A stretch of 63,867 nt of DNA, counting the filler, from Lama guanicoe (lineage: Eukaryota): the NCBI GenBank assembly GCA_013239625.1. It is 204 parts of 204 records of this genome, joined end to end, with 100 filler letters (N's around TTAATTAATTAA, not from the genome) between each part and the next. Parts side by side here need not be neighbours in the genome. Positions count along the whole stretch, not along the records: positions 49,840 to 50,053 come from PNXV01037620.1; positions 50,154 to 50,367 come from PNXV01037621.1; positions 50,468 to 50,681 come from PNXV01037622.1; positions 50,782 to 50,995 come from PNXV01037623.1; positions 51,096 to 51,309 come from PNXV01037624.1; positions 51,410 to 51,623 come from PNXV01037625.1; positions 51,724 to 51,937 come from PNXV01037626.1; positions 52,038 to 52,251 come from PNXV01037627.1; 196 more parts are not named here. One strand, 5' to 3'. This document shows, in pieces, positions 49,740-62,083 of the stretch (positions are counted from its first letter, which is position 1; the number at the start of each line of letters is the position of its first letter). The position numbers and the translations under genes were made by a program. The notes under the pieces were generated by a model. It saw only the letters and a list, made by a program, of their open reading frames with translations, was not told the DNA's origin and made no database searches.

Positions 49740-52700
49740 NNNNNNNNNNNNNNNNNNNNNNNNNNNNNNNNNNNNNNNNNNNNTTAATTAATTAANNNNN
49801 NNNNNNNNNNNNNNNNNNNNNNNNNNNNNNNNNNNNNNNAGAAAGGTAGGAAGGAAGGGAGAGAGAAAGGAAGGGAGGAAGGGAGGAAGAAAAAGACAAT
49901 TTAATCAATCCCTTATCTCTAGCAATTAACTTATGGGAATTGCAGGGGTCACGGGAAGATGATACCATGATTATGCATCCAGTAAAATCTAGACTATGGG
50001 AAATTTCACCACAAACTATCCAGTTTCTACAACAACAAGAAAATTGCAAAATTNNNNNNNNNNNNNNNNNNNNNNNNNNNNNNNNNNNNNNNNNNNNTTA
50101 ATTAATTAANNNNNNNNNNNNNNNNNNNNNNNNNNNNNNNNNNNNNNNNNNNNTTGAAATCACAGGGACTCCTGAGATTTACTAGGAAAAGGTCCTGGGA
50201 GAGCAGGGAGGAGTGACCAGGTGACCCAAGGGGCAGCAGGGGACAGGAGGGAGGGCTGGCCAGTGGGGCTGGAGGGACGCCAAGGAGGAGAGTGTTGGGA
50301 TGAAGGATGCTGCTGACCGCTGCCGAGAGGTTGAGGACGGCGAGGGAAGAAGGGCCCACTGATCACTNNNNNNNNNNNNNNNNNNNNNNNNNNNNNNNNN
50401 NNNNNNNNNNNTTAATTAATTAANNNNNNNNNNNNNNNNNNNNNNNNNNNNNNNNNNNNNNNNNNNNGCACTTCCCAAATAAGCTACATGCCCTCAAATC
50501 CTTGTCTTGGAGTCTGCTATAATGAGAAGGAACATCAGGACATGGTTCCTAATTTTCTTCTGTGCTGAGTTGCTCTCCCCCTCCTCTTTTTTTCCTGTGA
50601 GATTATCATTTAACTTGGAAAATTTTTGTAGAGATTTTTTCAGGACCTAGGATAAAAGGACGTTCATCCAAAGATTTGGATNNNNNNNNNNNNNNNNNNN
50701 NNNNNNNNNNNNNNNNNNNNNNNNNTTAATTAATTAANNNNNNNNNNNNNNNNNNNNNNNNNNNNNNNNNNNNNNNNNNNNGTGCTTTTCTTCTCACTCC
50801 TCACCCCCATCTTTCCCTTTTTTGGGGGCTTCCCCAGAACTCTCCTGGAGGTGAACTGGATTGAAAATCAGCAAATCCGAAGAAATGTGTTGGGGTGACT
50901 CTTTGTCTTGTTTGTTTTCTCTCTGAAGATTTTCTTTTTCTTTTTATTTCTCATATTCAGTGTAGTTTGAATTGATAAATCCATTTTATTAATTANNNNN
51001 NNNNNNNNNNNNNNNNNNNNNNNNNNNNNNNNNNNNNNNTTAATTAATTAANNNNNNNNNNNNNNNNNNNNNNNNNNNNNNNNNNNNNNNNNNNNTGGTA
51101 AGTTTTCTACTTCTTAACTATGGAAAAGTTAGCAATACCACTAACAGCTTGCCTCTAATGACATTAAACTCATTCACTTAAAAAAGAAAAGTCAGAAAGC
51201 TTAGATGTTTGGAAAGTGTTGTTTCGATTTATAGATTTAACTGAACAAGCATAATCCTATCATTTGCATGAACCATTCTGAGCCTCATGAGTTTGACAGA
51301 CAGCAAGTANNNNNNNNNNNNNNNNNNNNNNNNNNNNNNNNNNNNNNNNNNNNTTAATTAATTAANNNNNNNNNNNNNNNNNNNNNNNNNNNNNNNNNNN
51401 NNNNNNNNNTGCTGAAGTTGAGAACCAATGTATATTGCCTCCAAAAAAGGAACTTTCAGTATATATGACTTTTAAAAGGATGTCAATGTATTTCAGATAG
51501 GAATACCCGTTAGTGTTGGCATCAATCAGTTTAAAATAGCTTACATATGCTCACATTCCCTACTCTTCTGTATCATGTTAAGGAACATAAAATAGGATTT
51601 GTTACAAGCCAAGGTTCACGTTANNNNNNNNNNNNNNNNNNNNNNNNNNNNNNNNNNNNNNNNNNNNTTAATTAATTAANNNNNNNNNNNNNNNNNNNNN
51701 NNNNNNNNNNNNNNNNNNNNNNNTGCAGAAAAAGCAGCCCTAATGTATTTGTATTTTATGGTTTTACTACCTCATCTATCTTTATAAGCTTTGTCAAATC
51801 CTTACTGGAAAAATGTACACTATATACATTCGTATATATAAATTCAGAGAAGACCTCCTAAAGCTGGTGGTTTTGATCTTGGCGGTGAACAAGGGTCCCA
51901 TGTGATTGGTGGCCAGGACAGCAGGCAGCCAATAGGANNNNNNNNNNNNNNNNNNNNNNNNNNNNNNNNNNNNNNNNNNNNTTAATTAATTAANNNNNNN
52001 NNNNNNNNNNNNNNNNNNNNNNNNNNNNNNNNNNNNNAAATCAATCTTTCTCTTTCTCTCCCTTCCCCCTCCCTCAGCCCCCCAGGAATACCATTTGAAA
52101 ATATTTTCTCCAACTTTATTTATTTGCTTTTCTATGCACAGAAGCATATGGAAACATTTCACTCGAATGACATCACACTGAATACACCGGATTCAGATCT
52201 TCCCAGTCTTGTTTTTGTCCCTTCGTATGTTCAAGTGATCATTTTTCCATGNNNNNNNNNNNNNNNNNNNNNNNNNNNNNNNNNNNNNNNNNNNNTTAAT
52301 TAATTAANNNNNNNNNNNNNNNNNNNNNNNNNNNNNNNNNNNNNNNNNNNNTCCATTCTCAGTCCCTCAGCAATGAAATGTCTATACAAATAAATATTCT
52401 ACTGACTCTGTATTATCTCTTTTAATAGCAGGTTTGTGGGGGATCCATACTCTAACTAGAAAACATGCAGGTGTTATTGGTGTAATTATGCCACCATGGA
52501 AAGGATTAACCAAAACACCCACAACAGGTCAGTTCAGTAATGATAAACTAAAGCAATAATATTTANNNNNNNNNNNNNNNNNNNNNNNNNNNNNNNNNNN
52601 NNNNNNNNNTTAATTAATTAANNNNNNNNNNNNNNNNNNNNNNNNNNNNNNNNNNNNNNNNNNNNTCTCTTATGAATGGTCTGTTTATCAATTGCTTCAG

Positions 52701-54607
52701 TTTTTCCCTTATCTATTTGTCTTTTCATTTTTATTTTGTGGGAACTCTTTACGTATTTTTTTAGTTATATGGATAAAAACAAACAAACAAACAAACAAAC
52801 ATACAAAAAAAACTCCTCCAAGATCATTGCTTTTATTTTAAGATGCTTTGGTAGTACAAACATTTTACATGTTCATGTGNNNNNNNNNNNNNNNNNNNNN
52901 NNNNNNNNNNNNNNNNNNNNNNNTTAATTAATTAANNNNNNNNNNNNNNNNNNNNNNNNNNNNNNNNNNNNNNNNNNNNCCATGGGCACCTTTGGGATGG
53001 CTAGCAGAGAACATGGGGCACCCTAGAGAGATGCTAATAGATCTTCTGCAAGAGTATGAGAGTTCTATGGCACTTTGCCAATGTGTCTTGGCATGAGCAT
53101 CCCATGGGGCACTTCACTAGCTATGCCAAAGAATCTTGGGGAGTGCTAGCAAAAGCCACAGGGCATTCTTGGAGGATGTTAGGGAATTTTTAANNNNNNN
53201 NNNNNNNNNNNNNNNNNNNNNNNNNNNNNNNNNNNNNTTAATTAATTAANNNNNNNNNNNNNNNNNNNNNNNNNNNNNNNNNNNNNNNNNNNNGGAAATA
53301 TTAACAGCATGCTCTTAAGTTGATGGAAATGACCCCAAAAAAGAAAAACTTGAAAATGGAGGAAAGAAAGAACTCAGTTGCTGCAGAAGTTTCCATGAGT
53401 AAGAGATGATACATTCTAGTATGTGAGGGGAAGCACTGACAGTAGCTGAAAGCACAATTTTTTTCCTAATGACAGAAGTGAGGGAGAGTATGTAGCACAG
53501 ATGTAGGNNNNNNNNNNNNNNNNNNNNNNNNNNNNNNNNNNNNNNNNNNNNTTAATTAATTAANNNNNNNNNNNNNNNNNNNNNNNNNNNNNNNNNNNNN
53601 NNNNNNNCCAGGGTGATGGATGGTAATCACCTGCATGGTAATCATTTCTCAACACCCCCCAAACAGTCTAAGATGAATTTAAACAACACCTACCTTACTG
53701 TGTTTCTCTCTGTATTTACAGCTGCTAGTACAATGCCCAGAATTTAATGACTTCTCACTAAATATCATGTAAAGAATGAATAAATGGAATCATTATTACT
53801 ATTATTGTTGTTGTTGTTGTTNNNNNNNNNNNNNNNNNNNNNNNNNNNNNNNNNNNNNNNNNNNNTTAATTAATTAANNNNNNNNNNNNNNNNNNNNNNN
53901 NNNNNNNNNNNNNNNNNNNNNCATATTGTCAACTAAAAATTGGCACTTGTCATCTGCCTCTGATTTGATTGTCATGAGCCACTGCAGCTGCTGACCTTCA
54001 ACACCCTCTGAAAATAGTTCAGGGTGGAGATCAGGAATGGGGCGCTTTGTGCTCTTGGAAAATGGGCAGAAAAGCCTTCAGATAGTTAGACATTTTCAGG
54101 AAATCTTATGAGCCCAAATTCTTGCATCTCCTCCTNNNNNNNNNNNNNNNNNNNNNNNNNNNNNNNNNNNNNNNNNNNNTTAATTAATTAANNNNNNNNN
54201 NNNNNNNNNNNNNNNNNNNNNNNNNNNNNNNNNNNTAATAGTTGAATTTTCCCTATTAGGTATGGAATTTTTTGTGGTTTTTGTGTTTTCATATTGTTTT
54301 TCATTATAGGTTTCTACAAGATATAGAATATAGTAACTGTGCTATAAGGAAGAAACTTGTTTATCTATTTTATATATAGTAGTTAGTGACTCCAAATCTA
54401 GATTCCAGTTTGTCCCTTCACATCCCCTTTGTCCCCGGGTAACCATAAGNNNNNNNNNNNNNNNNNNNNNNNNNNNNNNNNNNNNNNNNNNNNTTAATTA
54501 ATTAANNNNNNNNNNNNNNNNNNNNNNNNNNNNNNNNNNNNNNNNNNNNCAGAGTATAGGACAGAGGGATTATCAAGCAGAATTCTCCAGACATTTAACT
54601 CTGTTAC

Positions 54608-54753
54608 CTCTAGGGCGTGTATGGGGATGGAGCACCGCCCCCAACCATTCAGATGGCAAAGAGAGTCCACAGTGCTGGCGCTTCCATGGATCATCAGTCG
54701 ATTTAAAAACTCCTCTTGGGTCAGACCAAACAAAATCAGACACAGTCCATTTT
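54608..54753 (-). CDS. SPG11: SPG11 (spatacsin), complete 146-nt internal exon
   Basis: tttcttatag|AA then NGLCLILFGLTQEEFLNRLMIHGSASTVDSLCHLNGWGRCSIPIHALE then |gtaaca. The peptide matches recalled spatacsin and both splice sites are canonical. Confidence 0.93.
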
Positions 54754-55957
54754 CTATAAGAAANNNNNNNNNNNNNNNNNNNNNNNNNNNNNNNNNNNNN
54801 NNNNNNNTTAATTAATTAANNNNNNNNNNNNNNNNNNNNNNNNNNNNNNNNNNNNNNNNNNNNGAAGGAGCCCAGAGCTCACTGGGCTTTCCAAAACTTT
54901 TTTAGAGCAAAACCTGTTTGCAAGTCATATCTTCTGTGAAAGCACATTATGTAACATAGACATAGTGATATTCTTTTAGTGAAAACTTGTAAGTTCAAAT
55001 GTTGCCTTGTTAGGAAGGTGATCGTTGAGGACAACGGAGCTCTCCTGGCAACAAGACCTTTCGAGTGAGGATAAAGANNNNNNNNNNNNNNNNNNNNNNN
55101 NNNNNNNNNNNNNNNNNNNNNTTAATTAATTAANNNNNNNNNNNNNNNNNNNNNNNNNNNNNNNNNNNNNNNNNNNNACACGGGAAGTTAATTTAGGGAG
55201 AGCTCTTGGGACAGCACCTGTGAAGCAGGAGGATGAGCAGGATGGGGCAGAGGGAGAAAGCGAGCTGCCAGGCAGACTCCAAGGAACGCTACAGTGGATT
55301 CTGCAAGGCTCCCCAAGCATCAGTCACTCCACGCTGTGGGCACCTCAGGAGGGGGCGTGGCCACAGGCAAGGTGACTCTTCACCTGAGACCNNNNNNNNN
55401 NNNNNNNNNNNNNNNNNNNNNNNNNNNNNNNNNNNTTAATTAATTAANNNNNNNNNNNNNNNNNNNNNNNNNNNNNNNNNNNNNNNNNNNNCTGAGGCTG
55501 GAAGGAAAGGACAGTGGCTGAGGCTGGAGACAACAGAAGCGACATCACAGACACCACCATGGACCCCATCTGCTCTTCAGCTTTTTTCCAGCATCAAGAT
55601 TATCTTCTGGCAACACCCTCATCACCATCCCCTTGATCTCCCCAGAAGATGTCTTGTTGGTTTTGATGCGGACTTTGAGGATTGCTGGTGTCGACCCTGC
55701 AGGAGNNNNNNNNNNNNNNNNNNNNNNNNNNNNNNNNNNNNNNNNNNNNTTAATTAATTAANNNNNNNNNNNNNNNNNNNNNNNNNNNNNNNNNNNNNNN
55801 NNNNNCCTTTCTCTCCATTCCCCTGTGTTAGTTCATCAAGAGGCAGCTCATTTTGTATAAAGCAAGAGTAGTATTCCATTGTATAAATATACCATTTTAC
55901 TTTCTCCATCGCTGTTCTTTCTGTCCTGCACAGTAATTTATTAATTAATTATTATTT

Positions 55958-55958
<1 letters not shown>

Positions 55959-55994
<36 letters not shown>

Positions 55995-56018
55995 CATCGT
56001 GGTGGTGGTGGTGATGGT
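55959..56018. repeat. (GTT)n / (GGT)n microsatellite
   Basis: Seen directly in the sequence. Confidence 0.9.
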
Positions 56019-56118
56019 NNNNNNNNNNNNNNNNNNNNNNNNNNNNNNNNNNNNNNNNNNNNTTAATTAATTAANNNNNNNNNNNNNNNNNNNNNNNNNN
56101 NNNNNNNNNNNNNNNNNN

Positions 56119-56276
56119 TGTGTCTGTTTTGTAGATGAGTTCAATATCTTGTAATAACCTTTAATGGAAAAGAATATGAAAATGAAAATATATGTATGTC
56201 TATGCATGACTAGGACATTATGCTATACACCAGAAGTTGAAACATTGTAACTGACTATACTTCAATTAAAAAAAAA
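56119..56276. mobile_element. LINE-1 3' end with a 5'-inversion junction at 56140-56143
   Basis: Antisense tgtgtctgttttgtagatgagttca overlaps by TTCA with sense ttcaatatcttgtaataacc...ctatacttcaattaaaaaaaaa. Confidence 0.75.
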
Positions 56277-56432
56277 TGCCAAGAGAAATACCCTACATTT
56301 CTTTTTTCTCTTTGTTTCTAGTGGTAGAACAANNNNNNNNNNNNNNNNNNNNNNNNNNNNNNNNNNNNNNNNNNNNTTAATTAATTAANNNNNNNNNNNN
56401 NNNNNNNNNNNNNNNNNNNNNNNNNNNNNNNN

Positions 56433-56646
56433 AGAGAGAATTTCTCTCTCTGCCCTGCTGTCTTTGATATGGGACATCAACTTTCTCCTGTTTCTCACTC
56501 AGACACAGACTGAAGTGTATAGGTTTCAACTCTCCTGGTTCTCAGGGCTTTGGACCTGGACTGGAACTCTGCCACTGCCTCACCTAGGTCTCCAGCTTTC
56601 TGACTGCTGATTCCAGGACTTCTCAGTATCCATAACTGCATGGGCC
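56433..56646 (+). mobile_element. MLT2 (ERVL LTR) fragment
   Basis: gggacatc...ctctcctggttctcaggg...ggactggaact...gtctccagctt...ggacttctcag..tccataa. Confidence 0.75.
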
Positions 56647-58001
56647 NNNNNNNNNNNNNNNNNNNNNNNNNNNNNNNNNNNNNNNNNNNNTTAATTAATT
56701 AANNNNNNNNNNNNNNNNNNNNNNNNNNNNNNNNNNNNNNNNNNNNTGCTCAGCCTAGTTTCCGTAAATCTTAAAGTTGTATATAATATGGCTATGTGTA
56801 TTTTAGGTCTTGAACTAAAAGTTGGTATTGATGGGAAATATCTTAAAGCAAAATGGGTTCACTTTATATATCATGCTTTTGTAACGACAAATGAAGCTTC
56901 TGTTATAATCGTCAAATAGTTCCAGCCCTCTATTGTTAAAAAGAAAGGAACAAAATAGCTNNNNNNNNNNNNNNNNNNNNNNNNNNNNNNNNNNNNNNNN
57001 NNNNTTAATTAATTAANNNNNNNNNNNNNNNNNNNNNNNNNNNNNNNNNNNNNNNNNNNNTATTTAAACTCTCAGCTTCCTGGATCTGGATGTCTATTTC
57101 TTTTCCAAGATTAAGGAAGTTTTTAACCATTATTTCTTCAAATAAAATTTCTGTCCCTTTCTTGCTCTCTTTTCCTCTGGGACTCCAGGAAGCAAATGTT
57201 AGTCCACTTGAGGTTGTCCCATGAGTCCCTTAAGTTACCTTTACTTGTTTTTCCATTTTTTTTTTTCCTTTTAGNNNNNNNNNNNNNNNNNNNNNNNNNN
57301 NNNNNNNNNNNNNNNNNNTTAATTAATTAANNNNNNNNNNNNNNNNNNNNNNNNNNNNNNNNNNNNNNNNNNNNAATGCCTAAGCTCATCTCCCCTGAGG
57401 GATTTCCTAATGTCTCTGTGCCAAGGTATACTAGGGGGGTTTGCAGGAAATCCCAGAAGCAGAGGCTGCCTCCCCAAGGTCAGGGAAATTATTTCCCGGA
57501 CTTCCCAGAGCAGGGATCACTTGTGACTGAAGAGAGCGGCGTTGAGTTGTCTCTCGAGCTCCCCCACGCCCTGACAATGGTTCCGGANNNNNNNNNNNNN
57601 NNNNNNNNNNNNNNNNNNNNNNNNNNNNNNNTTAATTAATTAANNNNNNNNNNNNNNNNNNNNNNNNNNNNNNNNNNNNNNNNNNNNGAAAGGAGGGAGA
57701 AGAGGCTGGGTGGGAGGGATTCCAGATTAAAGAGATTCCACATTCATGTGAGCTAGCCCTTATTAACTAGAAAAATCAACACTGAATTTCCAGAAAAGAA
57801 AGGATGCCGTAAGTGGAGAAAGCAAGGGTGAGATTATTGATTTAGACCAACTGCATTGCATTTACTGAGAACTGTGCCACCTTGTGGCAGCTAATTGCCA
57901 ANNNNNNNNNNNNNNNNNNNNNNNNNNNNNNNNNNNNNNNNNNNNTTAATTAATTAANNNNNNNNNNNNNNNNNNNNNNNNNNNNNNNNNNNNNNNNNNN
58001 N

Positions 58002-58215
58002 AATTTCTTAGCTCATATTAAAGGTCTGAGCCATTATCTAATGTATGAGCAATGCTATAATTAGACTCCTTTACGATTGGAGTTTGGAATTTGTTTAAAC
58101 CTATTGGTGAACACAGTATCATAAAAATTGCCAATCCTCAATATATTTCTTTTTTATTAATGTCAGTTGAACCTCTCATTTGGAATTTGGTCAAAATTCC
58201 AGGGAATTGTCAGAG
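58002..58215. repeat. Near-identical to contig 59258-59471
   Basis: 4 substitutions, with 49-nt identical flanks. Confidence 0.97.
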
Positions 58216-59571
58216 NNNNNNNNNNNNNNNNNNNNNNNNNNNNNNNNNNNNNNNNNNNNTTAATTAATTAANNNNNNNNNNNNNNNNNNNNNNNNNNNNN
58301 NNNNNNNNNNNNNNNATTTATTTCCTCTCCTTCATTGAGCAGGCATTGAACTTTGGCATCCATAACTTGCTAATAACTGCAGGCCCTAGTTACCTTGCCT
58401 GTGAAGTATCTGAGAGGAAAAAGGTAAATTGGCTCTCAGTAGACATACTTGGCAAACCCACCAGCAATACACTTTTACATAGATCTCAACTAAAATAACA
58501 ATAGTCAGCACTTAATGAATTGACATCACNNNNNNNNNNNNNNNNNNNNNNNNNNNNNNNNNNNNNNNNNNNNTTAATTAATTAANNNNNNNNNNNNNNN
58601 NNNNNNNNNNNNNNNNNNNNNNNNNNNNNTAGAAATAACGTGCAATTAATATTATCTGCTCTCCACACACAAGTTGTATGCGTGCTCTGTCTGGTACACA
58701 TTCTTCAAAAGGTGCCTTCTGCCTCCATTGGTTTCTGGGCTTGTTCACTCACTTGTGTGTGTATTTATTCTTTCATTCATTCATCAAATACTAGTTAGGG
58801 TCTACCATGTACTTGGCTGTATAGCAGACTCTGGGGACCCAGANNNNNNNNNNNNNNNNNNNNNNNNNNNNNNNNNNNNNNNNNNNNTTAATTAATTAAN
58901 NNNNNNNNNNNNNNNNNNNNNNNNNNNNNNNNNNNNNNNNNNNTCCCTCTGGTTACAGTCCCACGAGGGCTTTAGGGCATCCATTGAGCTAACGCATCAC
59001 ACACTGAAACCAAGTCCTCTCCCGTTGGCTCCCCGGTGCCTCTGGGCACTCCAGCGCCTAGAGCTGTGCTCACCCTGTGGTCGCACCACAAAGGCTCGGA
59101 GGGAAGACGCCGCAAGCCTTTGATATGTAATTATTCAGGGGTTTTCAAAGAATCTCCNNNNNNNNNNNNNNNNNNNNNNNNNNNNNNNNNNNNNNNNNNN
59201 NTTAATTAATTAANNNNNNNNNNNNNNNNNNNNNNNNNNNNNNNNNNNNNNNNNNNNAATTTCTTAGCTCATATTAAAGGTCTGAGCCATTATCTAATGT
59301 ATGAGCCATGCTATAATTAGACTCCTTTACGATTGGAGTTTGGAATCTGTTTAAACCTATTGGTGAACACAGTATCATAAAAATTTCCAATCCTCAATAT
59401 ATTTCTTTTTTATTAATGTCAATTGAACCTCTCATTTGGAATTTGGTCAAAATTCCAGGGAATTGTCAGAGNNNNNNNNNNNNNNNNNNNNNNNNNNNNN
59501 NNNNNNNNNNNNNNNTTAATTAATTAANNNNNNNNNNNNNNNNNNNNNNNNNNNNNNNNNNNNNNNNNNNN

Positions 59572-59700
59572 AAGGCCAGCCTAGATTTAAGGGCTGGGGG
59601 AGCAGACCCCACCTCTTGATGGGACGAGCTGCAAAGTCATGTTGCAAAGACATGGACGCTGGGAGGGTATTAACTGAGACCATGAAGCAATTCATCAATC
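59572..59700 (-). mobile_element. MLT1 (MaLR LTR) fragment
   Basis: ggccagcctagatttaaggg...ccacctcttgatgggacgagctgcaaagtca..ttgcaaag. Confidence 0.75.
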
Positions 59701-60199
59701 AAAGGGGAGATGTCCAAGTTTGATTGTTAAAAAAAATTGGCATCAAGACACTGTTCTGATTTCTGAGCCACCAACCATGAGTCATNNNNNNNNNNNNNNN
59801 NNNNNNNNNNNNNNNNNNNNNNNNNNNNNTTAATTAATTAANNNNNNNNNNNNNNNNNNNNNNNNNNNNNNNNNNNNNNNNNNNNACTGGAGGAGAGGGG
59901 ACTGCCCTTTGCTGCAGCCTCTACTCTGAAGTCATGTAAGGGAACGTGTAAGTAGCCGGAGGCAAGCTTTTGTGGAGGGCACCTCACCTCAACGGAGGAA
60001 GGAAATCCAAGTCTGCTTTTGACCGTTTGGCCTTCCATGCCCTTATCGTGGCTGCTGTCCCACCGCTGGTGTGGAAGACTGGAGCCAAAAGCTCTAGGCN
60101 NNNNNNNNNNNNNNNNNNNNNNNNNNNNNNNNNNNNNNNNNNNTTAATTAATTAANNNNNNNNNNNNNNNNNNNNNNNNNNNNNNNNNNNNNNNNNNNN

Positions 60200-60413
60200 A
60201 CTCAATAGATATGCATATATAGAGAGAGAACGTTCATCTTGAAGCCGCAGAATACACATTCTTTTCAAGTACACATGGAGCAACCTTCAGGATAGATCCT
60301 ATGCTAGCCACAAAACAAGTCTCAATAAATTTAGGAAAACTGAAATCATATCAAGCATCTTTTCTGACCACAACAGAATGAGACTAGAAATCAAATAAAA
60401 GAAAAAAGCTGCA
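60200..60413 (+). mobile_element. LINE-1 ORF2 endonuclease-region fragment
   Basis: Encodes AEYTFFSSTHG..FRID.ML.HKTSLNKFRKTEIISSIFSDHNRMRLEI, with indels. Confidence 0.9.
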
Positions 60414-60514
60414 NNNNNNNNNNNNNNNNNNNNNNNNNNNNNNNNNNNNNNNNNNNNTTAATTAATTAANNNNNNNNNNNNNNNNNNNNNNNNNNNNNNN
60501 NNNNNNNNNNNNNA

Positions 60515-60727
60515 GGAGAAGCAGCCCTGGTGGGTGGTAGGTCAGGGGGGAGCCCGGTCCTGGGCTCCAACCTCCTCATACTTCAGAGGGAGCTTATAGA
60601 AGGGGAGGCCCACCCGCACAGGTGCGACGCGCGCGGGGAGGGGTTCGGCCAAAGCGCCTGCCTTGCCGAGCACCGGCAAGCTCACGCCGGAGGGAGGCTC
60701 TACGTGTGCGACGTGTGTGGGGAGGAC
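60515..60727 (+). CDS. ZNF623: ZNF623-like C2H2 zinc-finger segment, degenerate; gene or pseudogene
   Basis: GEAALVGGRSGGSPVLGSNLLILQRELIEGEAHPHRCDARGEGFGQSACLAEHRQAHAGGRLYVCDVCGED. The segments SNLLILQRELIEGEA, GFGQS and RLYVCxVCG recall ZNF623; the second Cys of the finger is Arg here. Confidence 0.6.
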
Positions 60728-61769
60728 NNNNNNNNNNNNNNNNNNNNNNNNNNNNNNNNNNNNNNNNNNNNTTAATTAATTAANNNNNNNNNNNNNNNNN
60801 NNNNNNNNNNNNNNNNNNNNNNNNNNNTTTAACCTTGCATTTTTAAGTCTTCTGTTATTTATGGATAATTCAGCTGTTGCTTTGCAAAACTGCTCCATCT
60901 TCAATAAGATTCATAACTTTTTGAGAAGTACAGGTTTCTTTTAAGTCATACTGCTGACCTGAGTAAGATATTTAAAAAGTATAATGAAAAGCCTGATTTT
61001 GTAAAACTGTTAGTAAGAAGGATTAATTACATAGAATTGAGNNNNNNNNNNNNNNNNNNNNNNNNNNNNNNNNNNNNNNNNNNNNTTAATTAATTAANNN
61101 NNNNNNNNNNNNNNNNNNNNNNNNNNNNNNNNNNNNNNNNNAAATGGAAACCTAGTGCAAAATGGCTATAAAACAGTGGAACTCAAGTTATATAGTAAAT
61201 CATTTTTAACGGATCTTATTATTCCATAATTTAAAATATTATAAAAGCATGGTTATGTATGTTAAAATCTACTCTTAACATAATTATGATTTACTGTTGC
61301 CTAATATGACTCTCCTATAGCTATAGAAGTATATATATTACCTACTGTATTGTGANNNNNNNNNNNNNNNNNNNNNNNNNNNNNNNNNNNNNNNNNNNNT
61401 TAATTAATTAANNNNNNNNNNNNNNNNNNNNNNNNNNNNNNNNNNNNNNNNNNNNGGGTGACAACAACTGGCCCCTCAAAAGTGTTGGAGAGAGGACAAT
61501 TTACTCAACAAATGATACTATTTTGACATTGGCTGGGGGTGGGTGGAGTGAAGAGGAACACAAGGTCGTCCCACATACCTGAACGATTTCAAATGTACCA
61601 AAGATTTAAATGCAAGCAACGCAATCAGGATGCATGGTTGCAATGTTTCTATGATTTCAGCATGGGGAANNNNNNNNNNNNNNNNNNNNNNNNNNNNNNN
61701 NNNNNNNNNNNNNTTAATTAATTAANNNNNNNNNNNNNNNNNNNNNNNNNNNNNNNNNNNNNNNNNNNN

Positions 61770-61983
61770 TGAAATTGAAGCTATAAAGAAGAGCCAAGTA
61801 GAATGGGTAAATTCATTGGCTGAGATGAGGAATGATCGAAAGGCTGTGCAAAGCCGACTACATAATGCAGAGGAACAAATTAGAATCTAGAAGACAGGGC
61901 AATAGAAAGCACCCAATCAGAAGACCTACTAGACAAACAAATAAAAACAAATGAAAATAGCATAAGGGACCTATGGGATAATA
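61770..61983 (+). mobile_element. LINE-1 ORF1 coiled-coil fragment
   Basis: Encodes EIEAIKKSQ...SRLHNAEEQI..LEDR..E.TQSE...NENSIRDLWDN, with a frameshift. Confidence 0.85.
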
Positions 61984-62083
61984 NNNNNNNNNNNNNNNNN
62001 NNNNNNNNNNNNNNNNNNNNNNNNNNNTTAATTAATTAANNNNNNNNNNNNNNNNNNNNNNNNNNNNNNNNNNNNNNNNNNNN

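Noticed and set aside
12521..60727. A functional cluster of RHEB, INPP5F, SPG11 and TRIM16 (lysosome/autophagy theme)
   Set aside because: Contig order reflects length sorting and these genes are unlinked in other mammals, so co-occurrence is coincidental.
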